In this document: positions 1 to 12,700 of the stretch, piece after piece | Numbering within the stretch: position 1 is the first letter of the stretch | How the letters are laid out: every line of letters begins with the position of its first letter | Position numbers and translations under genes: made by a program | The notes under the pieces: generated by a model | What the model was told of the DNA's origin: nothing | Databases searched by the model: none | What the model saw: only the letters and a program-made list of their open reading frames with translations | Source of the DNA: Chrysomallon squamiferum | Lineage: Eukaryota; Animalia; Mollusca | Length of the DNA: 64,000 bases | Reading direction: 5' to 3' | Assembly: GCA_012295275.1 (NCBI GenBank) | Contig: CM022679.1 | Location: 29,822,001 to 29,886,000 of the forward strand

Positions 1-642
1 GCTACAAATCATCTCTCGTGATTAGGTTTGCACAAGAACTATGCACAAATCAGTGTTGTTTTTTCTTTTTAAAGATTTTGCTTTGTATTTTGCTTTTCAC
101 TTCTCACGCAATTAAGTTTGCTTATTATTTTCATAGATTTTGTTTTAAAGTTATTTAAAGAAATAATATATGAACAATTTCGTTTTATTATTATAGTTCA
201 CCATTTCCGTGTTTTAAAAACGGTGTAAAATAATAATTTAGAAACTTTTAGAAATTCTTCTTTTGCTCTGCTCATACGTACAATTTAACAATGTCCTCAT
301 TAGATTACAAATATGTTGAATTCATAAAGAAAGAAAAAAAAAAAAAAGTTACAGAAATGAAGAAATAAAGAAATAAATAAAGAAAGAAAGAATGAAAGAA
401 AAAAAGAAAAAAAGGAATAATAATAAACGACGTGGTATACGTGTCTCCAAATCTTGATGGAAACTGGCAGATGACTGAAGATGGTTTCAGAGACTGGCAT
501 ACGCTAATTCACAGAAGAAAGTGAAATCCTCCTGTAATAAAATAATAAATAAATAAATAAATAAATAAATAAAAATTAAATAAATTTATTACCTACCAAA
601 CAGTGATAATGTCAATCTTAATAATTAGAGAAAATAAAATTA

Positions 643-755
<113 letters not shown>

Positions 756-1007
756 TACATTCATTGACTTTTTAAGTGTATGTATCTATATGTGTATGAG
801 AGAGAAAAGTGTTATGGATAATGATTAAAATTGAAAGTTTCAAATAATGTGAATGAAAGAGAGAGCATATGATCAGAGACAGAAAAAACGATGGGAATAA
901 CATATGAGAGAGAAAGAAAAACTGAGCCCTGGTGTAACACATACAGAGAAATGTAATGCATAATAATATTGTTTATCTATATACGTAACGACTGCTTTAA
1001 TACGAAC

Positions 1008-1133
1008 CTCTGTGTTTGTTACGGAGAATGTTCTGTAAACAAAATCACTTCTGTCTTGTTTTTCAGTGACAGAGATGATGAAGAAGCCGGTTCTGAAACT
1101 TTCTGCATCTGTCCAGTATGGTTCACACTTTGA
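1008..1133 (-). pseudogene. Isolated protein-tyrosine-phosphatase-domain exon (KCxxYW motif)
   Basis: cag acceptor, SKCEPYWTDAESFRTGFFIISVTEKQDRSDFVYRTFSVTNTE, gt donor; 126 nt, phase 0-0. Matches the PTP KC..YWP segment. No intact neighbouring PTP exons found in the window. Confidence 0.65.
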
Positions 1134-1289
1134 CTGCATGTACAAACATATCAAGTGGATAAGGCACGATACTAACATACACACTTATACACACAAATAC
1201 AAACACATACATACATACATACATAGATACATATATAGATACATACATACATACATACACAGTAGAAAAAAGTAGATGAAAAAATAAAT

Positions 1290-2440
1290 AAGTACTTTAC
1301 CTTTTCTGAAACTGTAAGTAATTGCTTGAATTATAATTGCACTTATTATGTTTAATGTAATTTTAGTAAAATAGAACTGAAAATATGTTGCGGTGCATCT
1401 TGCTACATCTCCTAGCCTAATATAGGCTCGCTATTTTGTATGTTTAAATTACGCTTTGCAGAACAAATAATTACTTTGAAGATAAATAAGATTATTGGAT
1501 ACGATTTAAGAAAATCGAGTAAATATTTACAATTCGAACAATTTACATCCAAGAAGCTACTAATTACACTGTTTAACGTATAATACATTTTTTCTCTCTT
1601 TCCTTGTAAAAAGTGTATGAAATAACAATATGGTGGCTACTTGTATTTGATCTATTGCCACACGAGAGATTTTCTCAAAACTTATCTTCAGTTTAGGAAC
1701 CTTTAAAAAGCATTAAATATATTAAATGTAACCATTTTAAGTTTTAAAGCTATGAAAGGTTTATATGTATAACTTCACGGATCAAATAGCACGGCCCATT
1801 TAGGTCAGTCGTACTCAGCAGTTAGCAGGGTAGATTTATAAGCTCTGTAAAATATAGTTTAGAAAAACAGTGCAGTCTTCGGAAGCTGTGATCTAAAAAC
1901 TTTTTGCAGATATTAATTTTTTTTTTTTTCTCGGATTCCTTTTTATAGCTGCAAACAATATTGCTGCAAGAATGACTTTTATGAAGTGTTTTTTTACGAT
2001 TCTTTTCCTAACATCTGCAACAAAGGTAAGTCCTTCTCAAATGTATATGTGTCTTCTGATTTCAGTTTATATCTTAGAATGTACGTGCTGTAAACGCATG
2101 TGTGTTCCAGTGTTTCCTGTGTGTATATAGACGTAAATGGGTCAGACACACACACACATACACACACACACACACACACGTGTGTTTTTGTATGTTTGGT
2201 TGCTTGATGTCAGTAATTATAACATATGTCAAAACAATGAAATATGGAATGATGTATGTAAAGATAGACAGCAGCCTAACTAAGCATGTTTCTGATTTTT
2301 TTCTTTTTCTTTTTTTTTTCTTGTCTTCTGTTTTTTTGTATATTCTCTTAGTTTTATGACACATATATTTTTCTTATATTTATAATCACATTACGTTTTC
2401 TTTTCTTTTACATAGAGTTTAAAGATCTTTCTGATATTTT
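1290..2440. repeat. ~1.1-kb duplicated non-coding block (inverted copy at ~33110-34188, direct copy at ~61320-62400)
   Basis: Shared strings such as aagtgtatgaaataacaatatggtggctac and gtcagtcgta(c/t)tcagcagttagcagggtagattta occur at ~1610/1803 and ~61660/61850, and reverse-complemented at ~33815/33617. Confidence 0.9.
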
Positions 2441-2818
2441 CTGCACGAGTTGTGAATATAATAAATGGTAAAAAAATGCGTAAAACACTTTTCCTTTTCA
2501 TGTTTTTTTTCATCTTTCTATTACTGCGACATCTTAATTCTTACATGAAAATAAGCAAACAGTATTTCTTTTGTCCCCGACACAGAACTTCCTGGTATAC
2601 TCTGACACTGGATATGAAACACAAAAGCATTACAAAAACATGTAGGTCAGTGAGAAGTGAACCTCAGCAAACTGAGTTAATTTACAAAAATACGAGAAAA
2701 GTAATGTCAGTTGATTTCTGTGTAACTTGAACATTTTATAGGGAAAAATGTCCACCTATAATAAATGTTTTATGTAAAATGATAGTTACATTTATAATCT
2801 GCTGGTAAAGATTCCTAC

Positions 2819-2851
<33 letters not shown>

Positions 2852-3860
2852 ACAGAATTATTAGAAAGAAAGAACAAACAAATAATTATGTCTGGCGAAT
2901 AGATACATATTAAAATGTTAAGTGTCTTTAAAGTTGTGAAAATGATTGTCCAGAGCGTTTTGCTGTTTGAAACTATTTGCATTTTACTCTTTGCTATGTA
3001 ATTTTATATTAAAATTATACTACACTGTTTAAAACAGCATACCGATAGAGTACTCAACGAATGTTCACCAAAACATAATATATTATAGTTGGTAAATGAT
3101 GCATGAAGAAAAAAGAAAAAAAAAAAACCGCTTTTTTCTCCCAAACGCTTGAGATTAAATTTCAGTTTGTGAAGAAAAAAAAACAATACAAAAAATATAT
3201 AAAAAAAAGAAAAAAAAAAAGAAAAGATATACAAAATAATATGTGTATATAAAAAAAGAAAAAATATACAAATGTTTTTTTTTTTAAAATGCAAAAAATA
3301 ATAAAAGAAGTAACAAAAAACCCAAACAAATGTATTATCCCCATACTGGTATGCTGTCGTATTATTTAGTCACGTGTAACAGGACTACCTGACTGAAAAG
3401 GTACAGGGCGTGAAGTAGCTCAGATTCTTCTCAGTAGATACGTACTGGTTGTTTCACTCGACCTGTTTGTCAGAGGCATTAATTTAAAGCTGATTATATT
3501 ATTCCGTTTTAATGATATTTCACAACTCATTGTTGTATCAATACCTCTTTTTTTTCTTAAGTTGAAGAATTTTATTGTTTTATGCTCATGAAAAGTAGCT
3601 AAAAAGAGATGGTAAGAATTTATTCTTTGCTCTTTAAATATTAACTAACTAGATATTAAATGTGTTTGCAATGGAAATAAATCTTTTAGAAATATCTATA
3701 AAAATTATTCTTATAAAAATATATTTCAAACGAAATCAGCGAAAAAAACAAACAAGAAAAAAAAAAAAAAAAAAAAACCCACTAATTCAAATTAAACTAA
3801 CATACAGCCTTAATAAAACTAACTTTTACAATTATGTAACTGAAAGGATTTTCATTGCAG

Positions 3861-4446
3861 GTTCAGGGTTTGACTACAAATGTTGACTGTCAACCAGGTA
3901 TGTTAAATCCTAATTTTTAAAAATTCTATATTTATTAATAGCAGACAGTTTAAAACAAATGTTTGCAGATATTTTTTTTAGTACAAATTAATATTATTCC
4001 TTTGTTTTACAGGCTGGACAAACATAGGAGTACAGTGTTACAAACTGTTTACATCTTTATCACCATGGGAAAGTGCAGCAAAAGTATGCAAGAGGTAAGG
4101 AAGGAAACAATTTTTGTAATAACAATTCATTATTTGTAAAACTTAAATCAACTTCTTCTTATTTAATGTTTGGTTTTTAAATATTTTTCTCCCTAGTTAT
4201 GGATCTGAACTGGCAACAGTTACAGATTATTACGAAACTGAAGATGTTGGCAAGTTTGCTGATTCAAAAGGAAAGACTAAATTTTGGATTGGTAAATATA
4301 ATTTCTAATAAATGTTACAAGAGTCTTGTTTTTATAGCATGACATGATATTTTGTGACTTTTACTGCATTTTATAAAGATGTTATCCTGTTAATGGCAGT
4401 GTTAAATATTGTCTTACAGACTGAAAATTACTACATGCTTTTGTTT

Positions 4447-4481
<35 letters not shown>

Positions 4482-4974
4482 TATTTGTTCATTGTTAGAC
4501 TCATTTCAAATGTTTGTGTCCTCGATTTGTTTCTAATTTGCTGTTTTATTTCTTGTAACCAACTAAACTTTTCATAAAATTATGAATTCTGCAGTTTGTG
4601 CTAACAAATGTTTGCATATGTGTTCTGTGTTTCATACAAAGATAATTTGACGACATGTACTAAACATTTTGGAATATAAAATTGAAAATGATTTGGTTTC
4701 CTCAGAATTAGTTATTCATTGTGTATAGGTGACGTATGTTTTGAAATAGGTAATAACCGCATTGGAGCTGATCCTGGTATTCCACGGGAAACATTTTGGA
4801 GCAATGGAGATAAAACAATTGTATTTGCTGGTTTCTGGAAGAACTTTCAGCCAGACAGTAGTAAGAAACAAGAGTGTGTGTACATTGAAAAACAGGGTGT
4901 CACTTACAAGTGGTCATTTACACAGTGTGAAACCAAATTCAGTTATCTCTGTCAAAGACCTGCTTGTCCTGAAG
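3861..4974 (+). CDS. Receptor exons: C-type lectin domain
   Basis: Exons 3861-3897, 4013-4094, 4197-4291, 4750-4974: [25 protein letters not shown]...[18 protein letters not shown]...FWIGNNR...WSNG...WKNFQPD...ECV...[15 protein letters not shown]. Classic CLECT motifs, including QPD. Confidence 0.9.
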
Positions 4975-7900
4975 GTACTTTGTCACTGAACATCTGCTAT
5001 CTTTTTATATATTGTAATAATTTTATATAAAATAGTAACTTTAAAATGTGGAAAGAAGTAGTTATAACTAAGTACCCATTATATTTTTTATTATAGAATG
5101 CTCACTAAAAGGTCCTTAAATTTCTTTTGTGGTGTTATTGTTTAATGACTGTACATTTTAACAAAATGAACACAAATTATTTACGCTTAAATAGCTATGT
5201 CGCAACTTCTGTATTGTTGATTTAAATCATGAAAATGTTCATACTGTAGGAAGTTTCCACTGTTCAAATACGCGCTGCATTAATAATAACTTGAAATGTG
5301 ATGGAGAGGATGACTGCGGAGATTCATCAGATGAACTTGACTGTCGTAAGTTTGTTTTTACTTCTTTTTAAATAACATCTTAGATAATGGAATTTCAAAA
5401 TTTTATTTGCGTTTGTCTCAAATTTTACATCATATTCAGTCTTATAAACAAAATATTAATTCATTGTGTGAGTGAGTGAATCAATCTGTAAGACTTATTG
5501 TTATTATTATAACGTTATTTGTTTACTGTAAAATAAAAGCTATTTATTTAATTTTATGTGTTATTTAGCTTCTGAATGTTCCTATGTGATAAAACAAGAC
5601 ACTGGCAGATTTGTTTCACCAAACTATCCCAACAATTACTCTGAATCAGTCAACTGTTTGTGGGTGATTGAAGTGCAGACTGGATCGAATGTTGTTTTGC
5701 AGGTTAGCAAACAGCTTTTCTTATTACTAATGTTAATTAAATTCTTCTGAAACACATACTTATCACATTCAGACATAAAGAGTTAAAATTACGTATGTTC
5801 AAATGAAATAGATACCATATTAATTTTTTTATTAATTAATATTAATTATATATTAAAAAAGAGAACAAAAAAAGAAAATCCCAATAAAAATAAATAAATA
5901 AATCCATCAAAATCAAACAAGTAATACATATAGTTTAAGTATACTTAAGGCCGTCTTCAAAAAAGCAGCAAAGATAATACTGATTTGAAAATCCTTTTTA
6001 TGTTTTAAAATACACAAAAAACACATCAGACCTGGAGCACAAAATGGCTGAGGAATTAACTGGTTTTTTCACACTGGCACACACATAACAGAATAAAACT
6101 TTAAATAATACTAATTAGAATATAGCTGAAATACAGGACATGAAGCTAAATTTCTGACAGCTTGCTCTGATTAGCACGTTATTTTTTTTCAAGATAGGGG
6201 GTAAATATTACAGTAAAAAATGTATTTAAAAAAAGAAATAAATCAATAGTGATAGATTATATCTTCTAAACTTAAGAAATTATATTTTATTTAAAAATAT
6301 ATTTTATAAAGAAAAATTCAGTTATATATATTTAGGTTATGTTAATTAATTTGAACTATACTTTAAAATGTAAAGTTACTGTGACGGAACCTCATTAGTG
6401 CCTCTTAGCCTGATTGTAATTTTGTTTTCTATAGTGAATTATGTAATATTCACAAAATCCTTATTTTTATATGCCCATTTAAAGCAGAATGTCTGCTACA
6501 TTTTATCTTAAGTATATTATTATTTTACGGTAATATTTATTTAGCTATCTTGTAAAACCATGTTTATTATTTATATTTTTACAGTTCTTAAATGTTTTGC
6601 TAGTTAATGTCAGAAAATGGGGGAAAATACACAAGTACTAACTAGCGGAAGGTATGCAGACGTATATGGGCTATTTAGAAGCTGTATTATATAATTAGGG
6701 GAAGTTCCGTTATTTTATAAACTAACTCAAAATAGCATTAAAGTTGCAAAGTAAATTCAGAAAGGCTGTTTGCAGAGATGTTTACTGAACGCCGCGCGAT
6801 GGTTATATAAGTAGCGGCACGAGTTTTGAACGAGATCTGTTTGATCGGTGCCCTTCTTTAGGCACCTTGTCTGAGAGCCGTCTGCACAAAACGAAGGACC
6901 CCCTCAGGCAGTGGTAAATGTTTTTACGTTTGGTATAACAGTATATGTAACATACTCGTTGAATGATTGTAGACAGCTAAATCTGTTATGTTACTGTTGG
7001 ATTATGTGACGCTGTTATTGTCTGCTATCCTTTAGACGGGACGACCCAAATATTAGTAATACCACTCAGACTAGTCACTGGCTCACTGTGACAAGAAAAC
7101 TTTGGTTTTAGGAACAATTACTGAATTAGTGAAATGCAAATCATTTTACATGGCTTTTTATCTTCTGTTTTATTAAATTGTTTAAACTTCCTTTAAAAAA
7201 AATGAAGATTTAATTGTAATACAGTGAGAAAACATATTAGATATACATGCCAGTTAAAATATGTAAAATTTGATGTAAGAGAGGTCAAGAAAAGAGTTTT
7301 GTGAATATTAGTTCTTTATTTTTTTTAAAACATCTCTCTTCAGTACAATTGCTAATTATTGAAGTAGATTTCCAGTTGCATTTTTAATCAGACATGATAA
7401 CTGTCTTATTTCAGCTTTCCTTTTTCCATTTAAAAACAAGTAAAGTATTAATTAGGACACTAACAAATTATCATATTTTATTTGTTAAAGTCATGAAATC
7501 TTTGTTTTTTCACAGTTTGACAGTTTTGTCACAGAACAAAATGGTGACATTGTTGAAGTTCTCGTTGGTGGCCAAACTGAATCCATGTCTCTTCTTGTCA
7601 AGAGACTATCGGGTAATCAGAATGGAAAAAATCTAAAATTTGTTAGTTCCAACAACTTCATGATTGTCAAGTTCACGTCTGATGCCTCAGTTGCAGCAGC
7701 AGGTTTTAATGCATCATTTTCTTCCAGTAAGTAGAAATACTCAAAAAACACAAAGTGGGTTATTCTAATATTTAACATTTTTGTTTTATTTGTTTTGATT
7801 ATTATTAGAAACATCTAATAAGTAATTTTAGAATGTAGTGTACAACAGAAATTTGAATTAGTATTTTAACAGAAATAGCTACAGAAAATAAAAAATGTAT

Positions 7901-9704
7901 CAGTCTTTTTAGTATGTTAATTTCAAGATTTTGCTGTAATTCTCAGCTGATAATTGAGATTATTTTTATGAATTCTCTACAATTAAGCAAAAATAGTTCT
8001 ATGTAAATTTTTAAAACAAATCTTATAAATTGTAAAGCTTAGTCAACTCACTGAAATATGTTGATAATTACAGGAAAGGCAAACTTTCCAGACTACAAAC
8101 AACTTACAGCTAGAGATGCACCACAGGAGATGACCTCACCATTTTATGACCAAGGCTGGAATTATGTTGGCAGTCAGGACTATACCTGGATCATCACAGC
8201 TGAAAAGAAAACAAAGATAATAACTCTTGAGGTGAAATAAATGTCATGACAAAAATTATCTTTAAAATGCAGTAAATACACTTACAGAATCTGACAGTGA
8301 ATATTGTTACTCTGCTGAACCTGCTCTGCCACAGAATGGAATTTTAAGGATTTCATTTTGATGATTTCAGATCATTTCTTACCTTCATTCGTTTTCTAGC
8401 TTTGTTCATCATCTTCACTTTTGAAATTAGTATAGTATAATTATTTTCCTTGTTTTGATTTCAGTAACAAATCTCTCATTTTGATTACATATAATAAAAT
8501 GTCTTTGAAAGAATCGTCAAGCTGCAGATATTTTGTGTATTTTCCAGGTTGTTGAAGTGGATCTAAAAAACAATGACGTTGTGCTTGTTCGTGATGGGGA
8601 CTCAGTAGTTGATAAACTGTTAGCAACTTTCAACAGTGACACAACAAATACACCATATATTTTTTCAACAAGCAACAAGATGTACATAACTATGCAAACT
8701 CGTAGTTACTGGACAGGAAGGGGCTTCAAATTCAATTATTTGCAAGGTATTTCCTTTATTTCTGTGCAATTGTAATGATTTTTCTGCTTTTGATACTTTG
8801 TTCTTCTTTAGTGTAAACATGCCATATCACTAGATTAAAAATTATTTTAAATGTATCATAAAATGAAACATTTTTGTTTCTTCTTCTTTAGACTGTTTCA
8901 TCATGTTTTTGGATATGAATATAGTTTTCTTCAAATATTTCTACCATTAAATTAATGATGAGCAGATTAACACACACACACACACACATACACAGAGAGA
9001 GAGAGTCTGAAAAAAGTTATTTCTATTTTTAATTTCTGTATCTGGAATAACAATTATTTATTATGAAAAGAAATGTAATTTTCATTCTTTTTTTTTTTAC
9101 TCTGTATTTAGGATGTTTTGCCACTCTTACTAAAGATTATGGAAATATCTTCTCTCCTGGGTATGGTGTTGCCAATTATGCAGATAATCAAAAATGTACC
9201 TGGAGTATCAACAGTGAAAAAGACTTGACATTCCTTGTTGAGAAATTTAACACCCAGGAAAATATGGATGTTCTTGAGGTAACTTATTATTATATCTGGA
9301 GAAAAAAGCTTGAATCCTTTATTTCACACATTCAAAATAATACAAGTGTTCATATAATTTGTAAAGTTATTACAATTTTACTCCCATGATTATATAATTT
9401 ATTTATTTACATACAACTTAAGTAAATAACTTGTTTTTTTTCATTTTGAGTTAAAAGATTAATGAAATAAATAATTATGGCAAATATGCAGTAAAACATA
9501 AAAAACTACAACATTGACGTCAATGACAGACTTTATAGTAATACAAATAAGTTAACAAGTATTCTGTGTACTTGATTATATTAACCTAAAAATTAATTCA
9601 GATGTTTATTATAAACTTTCATCTTGTTAAAAGTTTGTCATTAGGAGTGTTCTTTGAGTAGGGTTTGTATATGTCTGTCTCTATGTGTGTCTTCTCTATC
9701 CTTG

Positions 9705-9740
<36 letters not shown>

Positions 9741-12700
9741 TGTGTACATGCATTTGTAATTTAGTGTCGGTCTATGTGTGTGTTTGCTGTGGAATTAAGT
9801 CCCTATACACATGCTTAATATTACGTTACAGAAATAAATGGTTGGAAAAACATCAATTTATTTTATTTCAGTTCTGGATTATGTAGCAGTATGTTCTGTT
9901 GTTTTATGAAAATGTTACAGAGTTTGAGAAATAGAGTTTTATCCTAAATTGACTGATTATAATGACTCCACATGCTGTCGAGAATATTTCTGTGTATGTA
10001 TCTCTTAGACAGTAATACATTTTGGTATGTTGATTGGCTTATGTCCAAGTTCTTTTACTTTCTCAAAATTTATAACAATCACATCATAATGTTAACGTAA
10101 GTACTGAATATTATAGTCGGCAAGAAATCTATTAAATAAGAAAATGCACTTAAAAGTGTGGATACTTTTTTATTAAATCTACAGGCAGCACATTTATTTT
10201 TATTATTTTAGATTTATTTTACTGCTTGGACACCTGGTGCCTCAAGAGTAAAACTAGAAACTTTGTCTGGCAAAGACAGAGAATTTTTAAGTCCTGTCAG
10301 AAAAAATGGCATCTTTGCCTTTGAATTTAAAACAGATGCTATTATTTCTAATAAAGGATTTTCTATCAAATATTCTAAAGGTAAATAAAGTTATTTTTGT
10401 AATATTTTCATATTAATAATTTTACATACATTTTTAAACCACTTACATATAAAATGCCTTTTTAAATCTTTGAAAATAGTTTTTCTTGTCAGATATTGAA
10501 AATATTAACAATTTTGAATATTCTTGAATAATCCTAATTACTTGTTATAATTTTTCAAATTTATTTTTTATGTTTCTATATATGTGTGTTTCTGTGAGCA
10601 TAAAGTTACATATGTATTTGTTTATGTCTTAACTCAGTTGAGAAAGGGTGAAGCAGGGAGGAATTGATGATCAGATCTAATAATTAAAATCATAAACATA
10701 AGTTACAGAACATTGATTGATTACACGAATGAATACGTATAGCTGAATGAATAATCATGCTAACAATCTTTATAATGTTGTTCTTTAATAAAAGTTTCTT
10801 GTTTTTTAAAGATTGCAAAAATCCAAATTTCAACAACAAAACCATCCTGAAACCAGCCAATGCTAACTGGTGGTATGGTTCCAAATTTCAAGTGAGCTGT
10901 AAAGAAGGATATCAGTTTACTTCAAAAGAGTTCCAGAACACAACAGTCAAAGATAGATTTGTCAGTCTGTCTGTTGTTGAGATGGAGTGTTTGTATGGAG
11001 GAGAGTGGAACACTCGCACTGTACCCATTTGTGAATGTAAGTTTTTAATGTGTAAAATAAAATACTCTGTACATGAGAAAAATAATCACAAATTGGGTGG
11101 CGTATTTAAGTCACATTATTCCACCTAATTGCAAGTCTTTGTAAAACATTTCTCCACAGTGATTTTACACAACTATTAAAATAATAGTCTTGACTGAATC
11201 CATTGATCAAGTGTACAGAGGTTTCTATCACATTTGATTTTGTAGTTTGATTTTGACTTTAATCATAATAATTTGTTCAGTGATAAAATTACTCAGCTGT
11301 GAAGGTGTACCTTTCTACTGTATATTGTTATCATGAAAAAAAATTTAAAGTAATTTTATTATTTAAACTCGTACTGTAGTCATTTAACTGCAATCAAATT
11401 GTAGCTGTGTAACAATGACAAGTGCAGTATAATTGACATTCTTAGTAATTGTAAGATTCATGTCTTTTACTGACATGACACTGAAATAATGCGAAGGTTG
11501 AAAATTGTAATGTTAATATTTGTATTTAAAGATTAAGACTGTTAATCATAATAATATTTTTGCACTATTTTAATAAAAACCAAACTATTTATACCTGTTA
11601 AACAGTGCATTAACAGCATACAAACATTTGAGATTTTGTTTTCCATATTTTGAAGGTGATGGGTGTGAGTTACGTGTTGACCATTGTAAAAGTAACACAT
11701 GTAAAAATGGTGCAACCTGTACCCAAACAGCAACCAATGACTACACATGTGCCTGCACACCAGGTTTGTGAACACAGACAAATGTATGAGTCTGAAACAG
11801 TTTGTCAGTAGGAATGTTAAACCTTTTAAATTTTCATTTTCATTATCAACAGTTTTCAATATAATGAATTCATGATTAGGTCTAATAGTAATCATATAAT
11901 TTCTTTTTTATTACTTGTTTAAAATACTTTTTTTGAATCCAAAATATGAGAGGTACATGCGAAAACAGTGAAATGATCATATGTGATTTTGATAAAAAAA
12001 AAAGAACTAAAAGAACTAAAAACCTAAAGCAATTTGGATATTCCTGTATCCTCCTTTTAATTCTTAGTTTTAATTATACATTACTCTTAAGAATTTATTT
12101 TTTTTCATTAAATTATTTTTTTCTAATGGTAGGTTAAATATTTCATTAAATAGTTTAAGACAACTATTATAAATGTATGTTAAAATTAAAAAAATATAAT
12201 ACAATTGAGCAGATTATTATTTTTGAAAACATGATAATATTTATTGTTTTTAAATTTCTTTTTTCAAAATTATAATTTAAATTTTATCTTTATGTTAAAA
12301 CACTTAATGAATAATAACTAACTTATTGGATTTGTTACATAATATGTTAAAAGATATAGGATCATTGTTATTTCCCTTTAATGCAAACTTTTAAAAATGA
12401 ATCGGAGATCATGAATCATGCAATATTTTTACTTTTAGTATCTAAGACTAGTTTTAGTCAAATGTTTATAATATTTCTTGTCCATATATTATATACATAC
12501 AGAGAAATGTTCCATATAATACATTAATTTACATTTATCAATCTACTGTTGAATTAGATGAAGTTCACAGTTATTGTTTGAAGAATATTAAATTGTATTT
12601 TCAATTATTATAATGATTTTTATTTTAGAGAAAGGATGTTTATTTCTGGTATTTTTATTTCAGGTTATGATGGCAAGAACTGTGAAAATAATGTTGACAA

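Noticed and set aside
430-531. Possible next PTP exon on the minus strand (FHFLL*...)
   Set aside because: Stops in all three frames after the acceptor and no WPD-like motif; resemblance too weak to call.
11405-11450. Putative micro-exon [15 protein letters not shown] bounded by ag and gtaag
   Set aside because: Open in phase 0, but the upstream exon ends in phase 1, which gives an immediate TAA.
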